A stretch of 51,492 bases of DNA from a virus (IMGVR_UViG_3300037851_000466:1-51492), one strand, 5' to 3'. Numbered from the stretch's first letter, positions 8,100-17,100 are shown. The notes: generated from the sequence alone by a model not told the origin. A program made the numbers and translations.

Positions 8100-8438
8100 T
8101 TAGTTTCCTCGCGCGTTGGAGTCGGTGGCGTTTGCTGGGGGAAGCATGCTGGTGAGGAGGATGTAGCGGGGAAGCTCGTCGGGGGTGACGTAGCCCTTAA
8201 TGTCAGTGCTATCGTCGGTGGAAGGGGAGAGGGTTGTTAGGTCGAGCCAGATACGGTAGTTGTCAGTGATGATGGCGATTTCGGCGTCCTTGCTGGAATA
8301 GACACCCTCCGGACGGCAAGCGCTATCGTCACGATGCTCGCAATAATATCCGGGGCCGAACTGGACGGAGATTGTCCAGCCGTTTTCAAAGGTGATTTTA
8401 AAGCCCCGGTTGAAGGTGCTTTGGAACTTGCTACTCAT
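8100..8438 (-). CDS. Conserved-looking phage early protein (FKITFENGWTISVQFG...AEIAI)
   Basis: GGAGG RBS; motif typical of small phage proteins. Confidence 0.7.
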   Translation of the reverse strand: MSSKFQSTFNRGFKITFENGWTISVQFGPGYYCEHRDDSACRPEGVYSSKDAEIAIITDNYRIWLDLTTLSPSTDDSTDIKGYVTPDELPRYILLTSMLPPANATDSNARGN

Positions 8439-8466
8439 GGTGGGCCTCCAATGGGAAAAGGAAAAG

Positions 8467-9525
8467 GCCGGTTGATTACGCTCAGCCGGCAAAGCGAGCG
8501 AATGGATTGCGATAGCTGTATCGCTATCCAGCTATGCTGATAGGTAGGTGGGCCCGCTATCGGACGGGGGGATTCAGCTGTGCGCCGCATAGGCTGGCTT
8601 CGGTAGGGTGCAGGCTTGTCTCGTCACGCATCCGGTCCCATTGCATTCGCTGCTAAGGGGACAATCCTCCATGCGCGGCTCTGTTATGCCACCGCCTACC
8701 TATTGGGTTTTCGGCATAGCATCATGCCTTGCCACTGCTAGCCAGTGGTAGCTAAAGGGCGTTACGCGAAGCCCTTCAATGCGCCCCCTTTGTCACGTTA
8801 TCGGGGGTTTAACGCGCGGCCACAAGCGGGCCGGGTCGCTCGGGTAGTGGCAGTGTTTGCCCGGTGCATACCCTGATTGTTTGTCTATTGGTGGATGCTC
8901 GCCTGCGCCACGAGAAGGCTAGACTTTACAGGCATGTATCGGGGCGGGCAGGTTAGGTTAGTCAGTCGGCAGGCACCAGAGGCGCGCGAGGATTGCGCCC
9001 TTGCCGTTTTTCATGCCGCCGCGCTTGTCATAGTCCAGCTTGACACGGTAACCGGCGTCCCGGGCGGCTGCGCGCCAAATGTCCAGACGCGTGAGGCCGG
9101 TATCGGCATCTTTCGACGTCAAGGTGCTTGCGACCATGACAATGGACGCGGGTTTGCGAGCCTTCTCTACTGCCGAACAGAGGTCGGCAATATCAGACTC
9201 CCACAGCGACACCCGACCGCCGCCCCCGCCACGGGGGAGTTCATGGACGAATTCGGTAGGGGCGGGGACACTGAAGTCGATTGCATAGCGGGCCATTGTA
9301 AGCCTCCGTTGATTGAGTGTGAAAGGTTGGGGGGTTTCATGGCCCGCCCCGCGATAGCTGATTATGCCGGAGTGTAGGTGCCTTGCAGCGGTTTCCTACT
9401 TTGCCCTGCTATCGGAAGGCATCCGGCGGGACCTTGCGGTCCCTTTGTCGTTCACTTCCAGTACGGGCGCGGCGCGGGAGTCTGTCAGGGGCTCTTTCGC
9501 AGCCCAGGCCCGTGCCGCCCCGTTC
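8467..9525 (+). ncRNA. Candidate large structured RNA or ssDNA element
   Basis: More than 10 nested and serial stems, a cUUCGg tetraloop, and G-U pairs consistently on the + strand (see findings). Confidence 0.5.
8958..9296 (-). CDS. Hypothetical protein (112 aa), first gene of the leftward arm
   Basis: GGAGG RBS at 9303-9307; flanked by an inverted repeat. Confidence 0.65.
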   Translation of the reverse strand: MARYAIDFSVPAPTEFVHELPRGGGGGRVSLWESDIADLCSAVEKARKPASIVMVASTLTSKDADTGLTRLDIWRAAARDAGYRVKLDYDKRGGMKNGKGAILARLWCLPTD

Positions 9526-9543
9526 ATTTTCAAAGGACTTCTA

Positions 9544-9560
9544 TTGCACGTGTCGTGCCG
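9544..9560 (-). promoter_or_regulatory. sigma54-type -24/-12 motif
   Basis: Minus strand reads CGGCACGACACGTGCAA. Confidence 0.5.
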
Positions 9561-9596
9561 GAGCATGCCCGACGTATTTGCAACGGGTTACGGGTG

Positions 9597-9613
9597 TGGC
9601 ATGGAGGTTGCAT
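9597..9613 (+). promoter_or_regulatory. sigma54-type -24/-12 motif
   Basis: TGGCATGGAGGTTGCAT, near consensus TGGCACG-N4-TTGC. Confidence 0.55.
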
Positions 9614-9843
9614 GGGGGGCCGATTTGGGACAGTTTGGCGCACGGCAGTGCAAGGCGGTGGGGGATAAGGGGTTAGGGAGGGCGGGCGGAATGGCTCGGG
9701 GTGGGACAAAATGTCGCACCTTGGTACCTATTCTCACCGTTCCATTTTGGCACACCCCCCATGGGCAGGGCGTTCCAATATGCAACGGGGGTGGCACGGC
9801 TCGGGGCGGGGGGCGGGGCCCACGCGCGGCACGGGGCGTGCTT

Positions 9844-9860
9844 AGGCAAGGGGCGTGCCA
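9844..9860 (-). promoter_or_regulatory. sigma54-type -24/-12 motif
   Basis: Minus strand reads TGGCACGCCCCTTGCCT, a full match to the core consensus. Confidence 0.55.
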
Positions 9861-9964
9861 CGGGCGGCCCGCGCGCGCCCGGAGGGGGCCTACCCCCGTC
9901 CGCGGGCCAGAATTCATGGTTTACCTGTGCAGAAAAATTTATCGAGTTTCAAACGCAACACATA

Positions 9965-9973
9965 TGGTATAAT
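9965..9973 (+). promoter_or_regulatory. Extended -10 sigma70 promoter, probably leaderless mRNA
   Basis: TGGTATAAT, ATG at 9981 seven nt downstream, no RBS. Confidence 0.65.
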
Positions 9974-9980
9974 GCCGCTC

Positions 9981-10565
9981 ATGGCAAACCACAAGTTCTT
10001 CCCAACCCCTGAGTTGGTAGCCGCAATCGAGGCCAACCTCCAGAACAAGAAGCTCTCATGGCGCGCATTCGCGCTCTCGCACCGCATTTCCTACCATAAC
10101 CTCCTGCGCTACATCGGGGATAACTACGGCAAGGTCCCTCCCACCAGCCGTAAGAACACATCTGACCCCCTCCCGCCCCCCGAGACGTATGGAGAAGTTG
10201 AGACGGATAACCTCCCCAACGCCAGCCTAGACAGCCTAGCGGAAATCCTAGCTGTTGGCGACCGCCGCGCAGCCATTGCAACCTTGACCGACATCATTGC
10301 CAACGCATCCGATAACGTTAAGGTTGCCGCCTTGAAGTTATATTTCGACGAGACGAGAGGCACCGGCCCTGAAATTGGTCCGCCTCCACCAACCACGGAC
10401 GTCGAGTTGCTCTCTCGTCTCGTCGATATCTTGAGGACGGCTGGTATGAACATCAGCCGCGTAGCCTATGAGGAGGCATTCCATGTCAAGAAAGACGACC
10501 AACCGGCGAATCCCAGTGAAGACCCTGAAGCGCCCAGCGAAGGTGATGGAGTTCCCCCTAGTTGA
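9981..10565 (+). CDS. Putative terminase small subunit / HTH protein
   Basis: N-terminal HTH-like LSWRAFALSHRISYHNLLRY; helical ASDNVKVAALK segment; first gene of the packaging arm. Confidence 0.5.
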   Translation: MANHKFFPTPELVAAIEANLQNKKLSWRAFALSHRISYHNLLRYIGDNYGKVPPTSRKNTSDPLPPPETYGEVETDNLPNASLDSLAEILAVGDRRAAIATLTDIIANASDNVKVAALKLYFDETRGTGPEIGPPPPTTDVELLSRLVDILRTAGMNISRVAYEEAFHVKKDDQPANPSEDPEAPSEGDGVPPS

Positions 10566-10803
10566 GGTCGTTTGGGATGACGCCGCCCTCAACGCAGCAG
10601 CCGTCGCGCATACCACCGAGGGCGACGTCGAGGAGTTCGGCAAGCTGATGGAGTGCCGCGACGTCGGCTATCTCGTCGAAATCGACAAGAAGGCCATCAA
10701 ACTCGCCATCAGCATCACTGAAGAGGACAACCAGTTCCGCTCCGCGAACATCATCCCCCGCAAGTGGACCCGTGAAATCATCCTCCTTGAGCGCCCCACA
10801 TGA
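10483..10803 (+). CDS. Conserved small phage protein (VEVVWDDA...VGYL...IIP, Sm-like fold inferred)
   Basis: GAGGAGG RBS; motif pattern common near podovirus packaging genes. Confidence 0.7.
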   Translation: MSRKTTNRRIPVKTLKRPAKVMEFPLVEVVWDDAALNAAAVAHTTEGDVEEFGKLMECRDVGYLVEIDKKAIKLAISITEEDNQFRSANIIPRKWTREIILLERPT

Positions 10804-12602
10804 AGATTGATTGGAAGAAATTCGTCGAAGACGCCATTGAACGCTCAAAGGCCCGCTTTGGGCCCGCACTAGCGACCAGACGCACGCCTATACCGGAGGA
10901 ATTGTCCACCATCCTGGGCGTCATTGCCCGCATGCCGAAGCACGCGGACCTTTCCCGCATGGCAGGGCATGGCTTTGAAATCGGCGGGGACTATTATGTC
11001 CCTACAAAAGGGGCTACCCACTATAGCTCCTTAATGGAATACGCTCAGACAGTCGAGGAGAAGCGTGCAATCCTCCGTCTCGCCCAGCAATATGACGACC
11101 CTATGCAGGGCCTAACTGCGGCAGGCGTCAATCGCATTGCTGTTTTTCGCGGGCGGAACCAATTTGGCATTCCCTACCGCCAATTAAACATTGAATCCGG
11201 CGCACCATTATCCCCCGAAAGCCGCCTAAGGCTCCGCACCGACGCTAAAGCCGAGCGAATGCAAGTCAATTACGACTCCATGGCGGGGACAAAAGCCCAT
11301 GAAAGCCAGATTGGCGCGACGTGGGAAGCCATTGAGCACATGCCCGCCATGATTGGCGGCACATTAGGCCTCGAGAAGATGGCGAAGGACCGAAATATCG
11401 CCCAAAACGCCGCCATCGACGCCGCAATGGTCGCCCCCTTCTTCGTTCCCTATCTCGGACAGGCCCTCATGGCCGCCCCATTCGCCATTCCGTCCGAAAA
11501 GCGGGACATTTTGACGCAGTACCCCCACACCAAGCCCACCATTGGCACGAACATCGCCAGTGACGTCATTTCCCAAGCCGGAAACACCATGCGAGGGGTT
11601 GCCGAAGCCGTTAGATACATCGCTAGCGCCCCGCCCCAGTCGAGAGCAGAGATTATGGCGTATCTCCAACGAGTTGCGCCAAAAGTCTGGGTGAATCAGG
11701 TCAAGCAGATGTTCCATGACAACCCTGTCGGCACCACCTTTGCGGCAATTCCCATCTGGCCGGGCATAACCCCCGTTAGTATCCGAAGGAATCCCAACGC
11801 GCCACCCGAGCGCATCCCATCCCCAACCCAATTCTGGATGCGGAAAGCCCTAGAAACACAGGAAGACGACTTTGCTTTTCAAGCCGCGCGTTCTGTTCGG
11901 ACAGAACGCCCACATTCTATTCGGCTGGGTCACGCTTCAACGATTGGGGACGAGCTTTCCTATAATCCAGCCGTTAAAGAACACTTTGAAGCTATCAAGA
12001 ACGTTCCTGTCCGGCCTTCAAATGTGCATGATGATGCAGTAGCTTACACTAATCTGGTATATTACGATGCCAAAGGTGAAATAAATAAATGGGAAAGGAA
12101 CCCGCGCGCTAGGATTGAGATGGGGAGGGCTCTTGCTAATAGTCGTGACATACCCTTAGAATCTGATGTATTGGTTGAGGCTCCGCGCGATTTAGGTATT
12201 GAGGCTCAATCCGCCAATCAGACCTTGGATAGACTGCCAAAGACTTTTTTGGAAGCGTTACTCCACGAAGTAACACATATTGACCAAGGTAATAAAGGTC
12301 ACAGACTCACCGCAGGTCCCGTTAATGCGTTCTACAAACAAATCTATCCAACAGTCGCCGCAGAAGCCGGAGTTCCGGCTGGGGTTACTTACAGACTAAT
12401 GCCTTCAGAATGGAAAGCCGATGAAGCTGCAAGAAACGTTGGTCACTATATCGTCTATCCACGAGACGTGCTTCAGATGACCCCGCGCGAGTTCCATCAA
12501 TATGTCCAACGGAAGTTCCGAGAGGGTGCTATTCGATTCGCCAATAAGAAGAAGCCAGAGATGAAGAACCGGAAGCCATTGAGGGGGGCGGGCCTGAAAT
12601 GA
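10800..12602 (+). CDS. 600-aa hypothetical protein with C-terminal HExxH zincin-like motif
   Basis: EALLHEVTHIDQ...SEWKADEAA; ATGA overlaps on both sides. Confidence 0.7.
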   Translation: MKIDWKKFVEDAIERSKARFGPALATRRTPIPEELSTILGVIARMPKHADLSRMAGHGFEIGGDYYVPTKGATHYSSLMEYAQTVEEKRAILRLAQQYDDPMQGLTAAGVNRIAVFRGRNQFGIPYRQLNIESGAPLSPESRLRLRTDAKAERMQVNYDSMAGTKAHESQIGATWEAIEHMPAMIGGTLGLEKMAKDRNIAQNAAIDAAMVAPFFVPYLGQALMAAPFAIPSEKRDILTQYPHTKPTIGTNIASDVISQAGNTMRGVAEAVRYIASAPPQSRAEIMAYLQRVAPKVWVNQVKQMFHDNPVGTTFAAIPIWPGITPVSIRRNPNAPPERIPSPTQFWMRKALETQEDDFAFQAARSVRTERPHSIRLGHASTIGDELSYNPAVKEHFEAIKNVPVRPSNVHDDAVAYTNLVYYDAKGEINKWERNPRARIEMGRALANSRDIPLESDVLVEAPRDLGIEAQSANQTLDRLPKTFLEALLHEVTHIDQGNKGHRLTAGPVNAFYKQIYPTVAAEAGVPAGVTYRLMPSEWKADEAARNVGHYIVYPRDVLQMTPREFHQYVQRKFREGAIRFANKKKPEMKNRKPLRGAGLK

Positions 12603-13138
12603 ACCCAATCGCGTTTGACCTAGAGCTTCTGCATAAGAGCAAGAACGAGAGTAATTGGCTTGAGGAGGCGAAGCAGGGCATTCTAGGCATCTCCGTCATC
12701 GCCCTCTGGGACCTTAACGAAGAGCGCCCCTTCATCTATGGTGCAGAGCGTCTTGAAGAGGCCATCGAGCATATGGCCTATGCCGACCCCCTTGTCAGCT
12801 ATAACGGCATCGATTTTGACCTTCCCGTCATTGAAGGAACCTTGGGCTATGACCTGAAGGAAATCCCGCACTATGACATAAAGAAGGAGATTTATGACGC
12901 CTTGGGCACGCGCCACAAGGGTTATAAGCTGAACGATGTCGCGGATAGGACCATTGGAAAGCAGAAGCTCTACCACGGGAAGGACAGCTATGGGCTGTCC
13001 CCCAGCGAGAAATACACCTACTGCCTCCATGACACCATGCTGACCGCCGAGCTTTATGAATTCATCCTTGAACACGGGTTTATCATTGACCGAGATGGGA
13101 ACGAACTATGGGTCCGAGCCCCGGAGAAATCGACCTAG
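12599..13138 (+). CDS. DEDD 3'-5' exonuclease (RNase_H_2/YprB-like)
   Basis: AFDLE, SYNGIDFD, YCLHD. Confidence 0.85.
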   Translation: MNPIAFDLELLHKSKNESNWLEEAKQGILGISVIALWDLNEERPFIYGAERLEEAIEHMAYADPLVSYNGIDFDLPVIEGTLGYDLKEIPHYDIKKEIYDALGTRHKGYKLNDVADRTIGKQKLYHGKDSYGLSPSEKYTYCLHDTMLTAELYEFILEHGFIIDRDGNELWVRAPEKST

Positions 13139-13260
13139 ACGACACCCCCTTCTGCCATATCTGTAAAATCCCAACCCGCTTCTATCTCTGTTCCGCCTGT
13201 CAAATCGAAGTAGACGAGCTTCTGAAGGACCACTATGCCACCGACGATAAACTGGAATAG
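13108..13260 (+). CDS. Small zinc-finger protein (50 aa)
   Basis: Manual translation with CHIC...CSAC; fills the gap before terL. Confidence 0.5.
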   Translation: MGPSPGEIDLDDTPFCHICKIPTRFYLCSACQIEVDELLKDHYATDDKLE

Positions 13261-14944
13261 CAAAGCCGAGAGGGAATTCTGGGCCATGCAGTGCCGGGAT
13301 AACTTCTGGGACTTCTGCCGTATCGCGTGGGGTCTTCCCCGCAGCGAGCCCGATAAGTGGGCCCAGCGAGCCGTTTACATGCGGAAGCTGGCAGAGTGGT
13401 TCCAATTCCACATCGATGAGTGGATGACATGGCGCGAGCAGAAGCGCGGCAAGCAGAAGTTCCTTGCCATCCTCGTGCCCCGCGAGTTGGGAAAAAGCAC
13501 CCTCATCACCCAATGCGGCCTCGCGTGGATGCACCTTCGGGACCCGAACATCAGCACCTACATCGGTGCCGAGAAGATTGACTTCGCGTGGGACTTGCTG
13601 GCACCCATCAAAACCGTCTTTGAAGGCGGCAATGAAAACAGTTGGTTCGACAAGCTCTATGGAAGCTGGTACAACAAGACGGGCCTATGGCAGCGCGGCC
13701 AGTTCAACCACATCCTCAGGACCAACCTGACGAAGAAGGAGCCTTCCTTTGGCACATGGGGCGTTGAGGCGGGCATCACTGGCAAGCACCCCGACGTTCT
13801 CTGTCTCGATGACCCCATCAGCTATGAGAAGATGCAGAGCCATTTGAACTGGCTGGAGACGGTGAACAACCACATGACCAGCCTGATTCCCGTGCTTGCC
13901 TCCGACGGCCTTCAAATCCTTGTGGGCACCCGCTACGGTGACGGCGACCATTTTGGTATCGCCGTTAAGCTGGAAGGTGTGAAGACCCTCTCAGGGCATA
14001 AGAACCCCGAGTTCAAGCCTGACCCATTGAACAAATGGGATATGTTCTATTACTCCGGAAAGATTGATGGGAGGGCGGCCCTGCCAAAGGTATGGTCGGT
14101 CCAGCGTATGAACGACTTTGAACGGAAGGACGCGCGCCGCTTCGCCGCCCAGGTCCTCAACGACCCAACCAGCAGCAAGTATAACCCGCTCACATACGCG
14201 CAAGCGAGCCAGTGCGTCATTGAAGCAAAGGACGTACCAAAGAACCTCCGTATCGTCTTCCACGTCGATACCGCCTTCAGGGACCAGCAGCGGCAGACCG
14301 GAAAGGACGACACCGTTCTCATCATCAACGGTCACGATAGACGCGGCAACGGTGACGTCTATTTCCTAGAGGCTCATGGAAGCAACCAATGGCGGGCGGA
14401 GGACTTCCGGGACCTCTTCATCAGCAAGCTGCAAGAGTATCGCCGGAAGGGCGCATTCCCCGCCTGCTGGACGGACGAGCCCGAGCCCGGTGGAAAGGCC
14501 GGTACATGGAAACTCATCATGGAGAGTGCTGCAGCCGCCGCAAACGTGCCGCTCCCGCGCTTCATCCCCCTACCCCGAGGCAGCAAGCAAAAGGTCAGTC
14601 GCCTCATTGCGGCGGCTAGCTATGTCGTTGATGGCCACGTCTATTTCGTTAAGACGGCTCCGGGGCTGGACAAGCTCCTTGACCAGATGACGAAGATTGG
14701 GCATAGCGAACATGACGACTATGCCGATGCCTTCAGCGACTCTTTCGTCCCCGCCGTGTACCAAAGGATGGTCAACCCATTTAAGGACACGGAGGAGATG
14801 CCCCAGCAAGCCTTTGATGGTATGTTAATCGGTAATCCAACTGTTGAGGAGATTCGCGCCCTTCGCAGGAAAGACCCAGAACTCGTCCGTCCTCCCATCG
14901 AGTCCTTCCATGAGCTATACGCTGGAACTGTCAGGAACAGATAA
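13235..14944 (+). CDS. terL: Terminase large subunit
   Basis: PRELGKST, VLCLDD, GTRY, HVDTA, HDDYADA. Confidence 0.93.
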   Translation: MPPTINWNSKAEREFWAMQCRDNFWDFCRIAWGLPRSEPDKWAQRAVYMRKLAEWFQFHIDEWMTWREQKRGKQKFLAILVPRELGKSTLITQCGLAWMHLRDPNISTYIGAEKIDFAWDLLAPIKTVFEGGNENSWFDKLYGSWYNKTGLWQRGQFNHILRTNLTKKEPSFGTWGVEAGITGKHPDVLCLDDPISYEKMQSHLNWLETVNNHMTSLIPVLASDGLQILVGTRYGDGDHFGIAVKLEGVKTLSGHKNPEFKPDPLNKWDMFYYSGKIDGRAALPKVWSVQRMNDFERKDARRFAAQVLNDPTSSKYNPLTYAQASQCVIEAKDVPKNLRIVFHVDTAFRDQQRQTGKDDTVLIINGHDRRGNGDVYFLEAHGSNQWRAEDFRDLFISKLQEYRRKGAFPACWTDEPEPGGKAGTWKLIMESAAAAANVPLPRFIPLPRGSKQKVSRLIAAASYVVDGHVYFVKTAPGLDKLLDQMTKIGHSEHDDYADAFSDSFVPAVYQRMVNPFKDTEEMPQQAFDGMLIGNPTVEEIRALRRKDPELVRPPIESFHELYAGTVRNR

Positions 14945-16793
14945 GGAAAAGGTGCGCCAGTTTGTCCTTACCCGCCGGGACAAATGGCGCAGTATCTACA
15001 ACAGCGACTATAAGCGCCTGCAACAGTATTACCAACTCTGGCGCGGAATCACCCGTCCTCAGGACATGAGCCACAGGAACAACGTGGCGATTCCCCTGCT
15101 TTACAGCTATGTCGCTCAGTCGGTCAGTAAGAAGTGTCAGAACCTCATGGGCACCTTCCCCTATGTCAACTTCATCGGCTTCGGCCCGGAAGATACTATT
15201 CTCTGCCGGAAGAATGACATCCTCGTGAGCAGCCAATGGGACGACATGGACGGCTACATGAAGCTGATGGATTTCCTTCTGAACAGCGAAATCTACGGCA
15301 CGGGTTTCATGAAGCTGGGTTGGAAGTTTGAAGAGCGCATGTTCCGCTGGTACGAGCGTGTCAACGATGAAGAGGTGGAATATGCGGATAAGATTGTTGA
15401 TTTCGATGGCCCCAACATTGAGGTCGTTGACCACATCGATATGTGGCCCGAACCCGGAAAGCGGCGAATGCTTGATGGTAGTGGTGTGGGTCACACCTAT
15501 TACACTGACTTCGACACCCTTTGGGAGGAAACCAACACCCAATACCCCAAGTGGGACCGGCAGGCCGTCGTTGAACTGAAGATGGAGGGTGGTGCCGTTG
15601 AGGACGCCTACGCATCGTGGAAGATGCGGAACAGCTACACCCGAAACTATATCGACTACATCAACCGGAAAGATGACATCTATGCCAAGCCGGTGAAGAT
15701 TGATGAATATTGGGGGCTTGTCCCAGACGAACTCGCCATCAATGGCGTAAGGCAAGTCGTTATTTCCATTGCAAACGACAGCAAGGTTATCCGAGCCAAG
15801 GCGAATCCATACTGGTTCCGCAAGCCCCCCTTCTTTGAATACACGCCCATGCGCGACCCCGGCATCGGCAGAGGCATCGGCAAGGCCGAAATCATGGCCC
15901 CCCTACAGGCCGCCATCAACAAGATTGTCAGCCAGAAACTGGATGTCCTCGACCTCATTGTCTTCCCCATGTTCGCAACTCTAGCGGGCGGCTTTGAAGG
16001 AAAGGAGAACCTTGCGGCTCGTCCCGGGCGGGTCTTCCAAGTCAACGCGAACAGCGTTGCCGAAGGCTTCATGCCCATCACCCCGAACATCCAAGGCACC
16101 CAGCAAGCCCTTGAGGACATTGGCTTGCTCTCCCGTTACGCCCAGCAGGGTGTCGGCCTCGTTGAGGACGTTGGGCAGGGTATGGCAGGAAATCGTACAA
16201 CCGCTCGTGAGTGGTTGGGCCGCGCGGAGGTCGCGGCTGCCCGAAGCACATCAGAGGTCATTGTCGCAGAGAAGATGGTCATGGAGCCCATCAGCAACTT
16301 TATGCGAGAGTTGAACAGGCAGCTTCTCACTGTCCCGCGCCAATTGCGAATGCTTGGTAAAAATACCGTTGAGGACCCAGTGACCGGCCTGCCCATCCCG
16401 ATGGACTCCATCACTATCACCCGCGAAGACACGAACCCTGATTATCGCGCCCGCGCCCGTGGTAGCACCCAGATGATTGCAAGGAGCCAGAAGCAGCAGA
16501 ACCTCCTTGCCTTCAGTCAGTGGGCCGCGAGCAATCCCTACACTGCCCAGATGATGAACTGGGCAGCCCAGCTTCATTACATGGCCGAGCTATTCGACCT
16601 CCCGGCAAACGAGCTATTGGTCAACAGCCAGTTCACCGCCGCCAACATGATGGCCCAGATGGGCGGGCCCGAGCAGCTAGCCCAAGCCTACGCAGGCGGC
16701 AGCATGCCACAGGGCGGAACGGAGCTAGACCAAATCGCACCGGATGAGCGGCCCGGCCCCGACTTTAGCTCACCCATTCCAATGGCAGGCTAA
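14910..16793 (+). CDS. Portal protein
   Basis: ~627 aa directly after terL; YGTGFMKLGW, NPYWFRKPPF, GIGKAE..., RTTARE; Gln/Met-rich tail. Confidence 0.88.
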   Translation: MSYTLELSGTDKEKVRQFVLTRRDKWRSIYNSDYKRLQQYYQLWRGITRPQDMSHRNNVAIPLLYSYVAQSVSKKCQNLMGTFPYVNFIGFGPEDTILCRKNDILVSSQWDDMDGYMKLMDFLLNSEIYGTGFMKLGWKFEERMFRWYERVNDEEVEYADKIVDFDGPNIEVVDHIDMWPEPGKRRMLDGSGVGHTYYTDFDTLWEETNTQYPKWDRQAVVELKMEGGAVEDAYASWKMRNSYTRNYIDYINRKDDIYAKPVKIDEYWGLVPDELAINGVRQVVISIANDSKVIRAKANPYWFRKPPFFEYTPMRDPGIGRGIGKAEIMAPLQAAINKIVSQKLDVLDLIVFPMFATLAGGFEGKENLAARPGRVFQVNANSVAEGFMPITPNIQGTQQALEDIGLLSRYAQQGVGLVEDVGQGMAGNRTTAREWLGRAEVAAARSTSEVIVAEKMVMEPISNFMRELNRQLLTVPRQLRMLGKNTVEDPVTGLPIPMDSITITREDTNPDYRARARGSTQMIARSQKQQNLLAFSQWAASNPYTAQMMNWAAQLHYMAELFDLPANELLVNSQFTAANMMAQMGGPEQLAQAYAGGSMPQGGTELDQIAPDERPGPDFSSPIPMAG

Positions 16794-16794
16794 G

Positions 16795-17100
16795 ATGAGT
16801 GAGTATAAGGAATTAACAGCCCTAATCCAGATGTATAACACTGACGGTTGGCAGCACTACATGCGCCCCAAGCTACAGAAGGACCGGGATAGCCTCATCC
16901 AGCTTATGGTGTATGGGGGCGCTGCCGATAACAAGGGGGTGGCTGAAAGCATTAAGTATTTGGATGCTTGGCTGGCAGCAGAAGAGAAGACCCGTGAAAT
17001 GTTAAGGAAACTTCAAGCAAGGGAAAAGGACCCGGATGCGGTGGACGACCCACCGGCATCTCAAATCCGCGAACCAATTGACTTTAGCGACCAGCCCTAG
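16795..17100 (+). CDS. Small conserved protein between portal and scaffold
   Basis: Helical, MYNTDGWQ motif, typical position. Confidence 0.7.
   Translation: MSEYKELTALIQMYNTDGWQHYMRPKLQKDRDSLIQLMVYGGAADNKGVAESIKYLDAWLAAEEKTREMLRKLQAREKDPDAVDDPPASQIREPIDFSDQP

Noticed and set aside
8467-9525. Group I/II intron, retron msr-msd or tRNA cluster
   Set aside because: No interrupted host gene, no recognisable catalytic core or domain V, no reverse transcriptase, and no cloverleaf with a T-loop consensus.
8877-9972. + strand ORFs 8877-9377 and 9364-9972, and the 9855 start for the terS-like gene
   Set aside because: Low-complexity translations, no RBS, and overlap with promoter motifs and stems; ATG 9981 fits the -10 element better.
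17078-17083. TTGACT as the -35 for TATAAT at 17107
   Set aside because: The 23-bp spacer is too long; treated as an extended -10 promoter.
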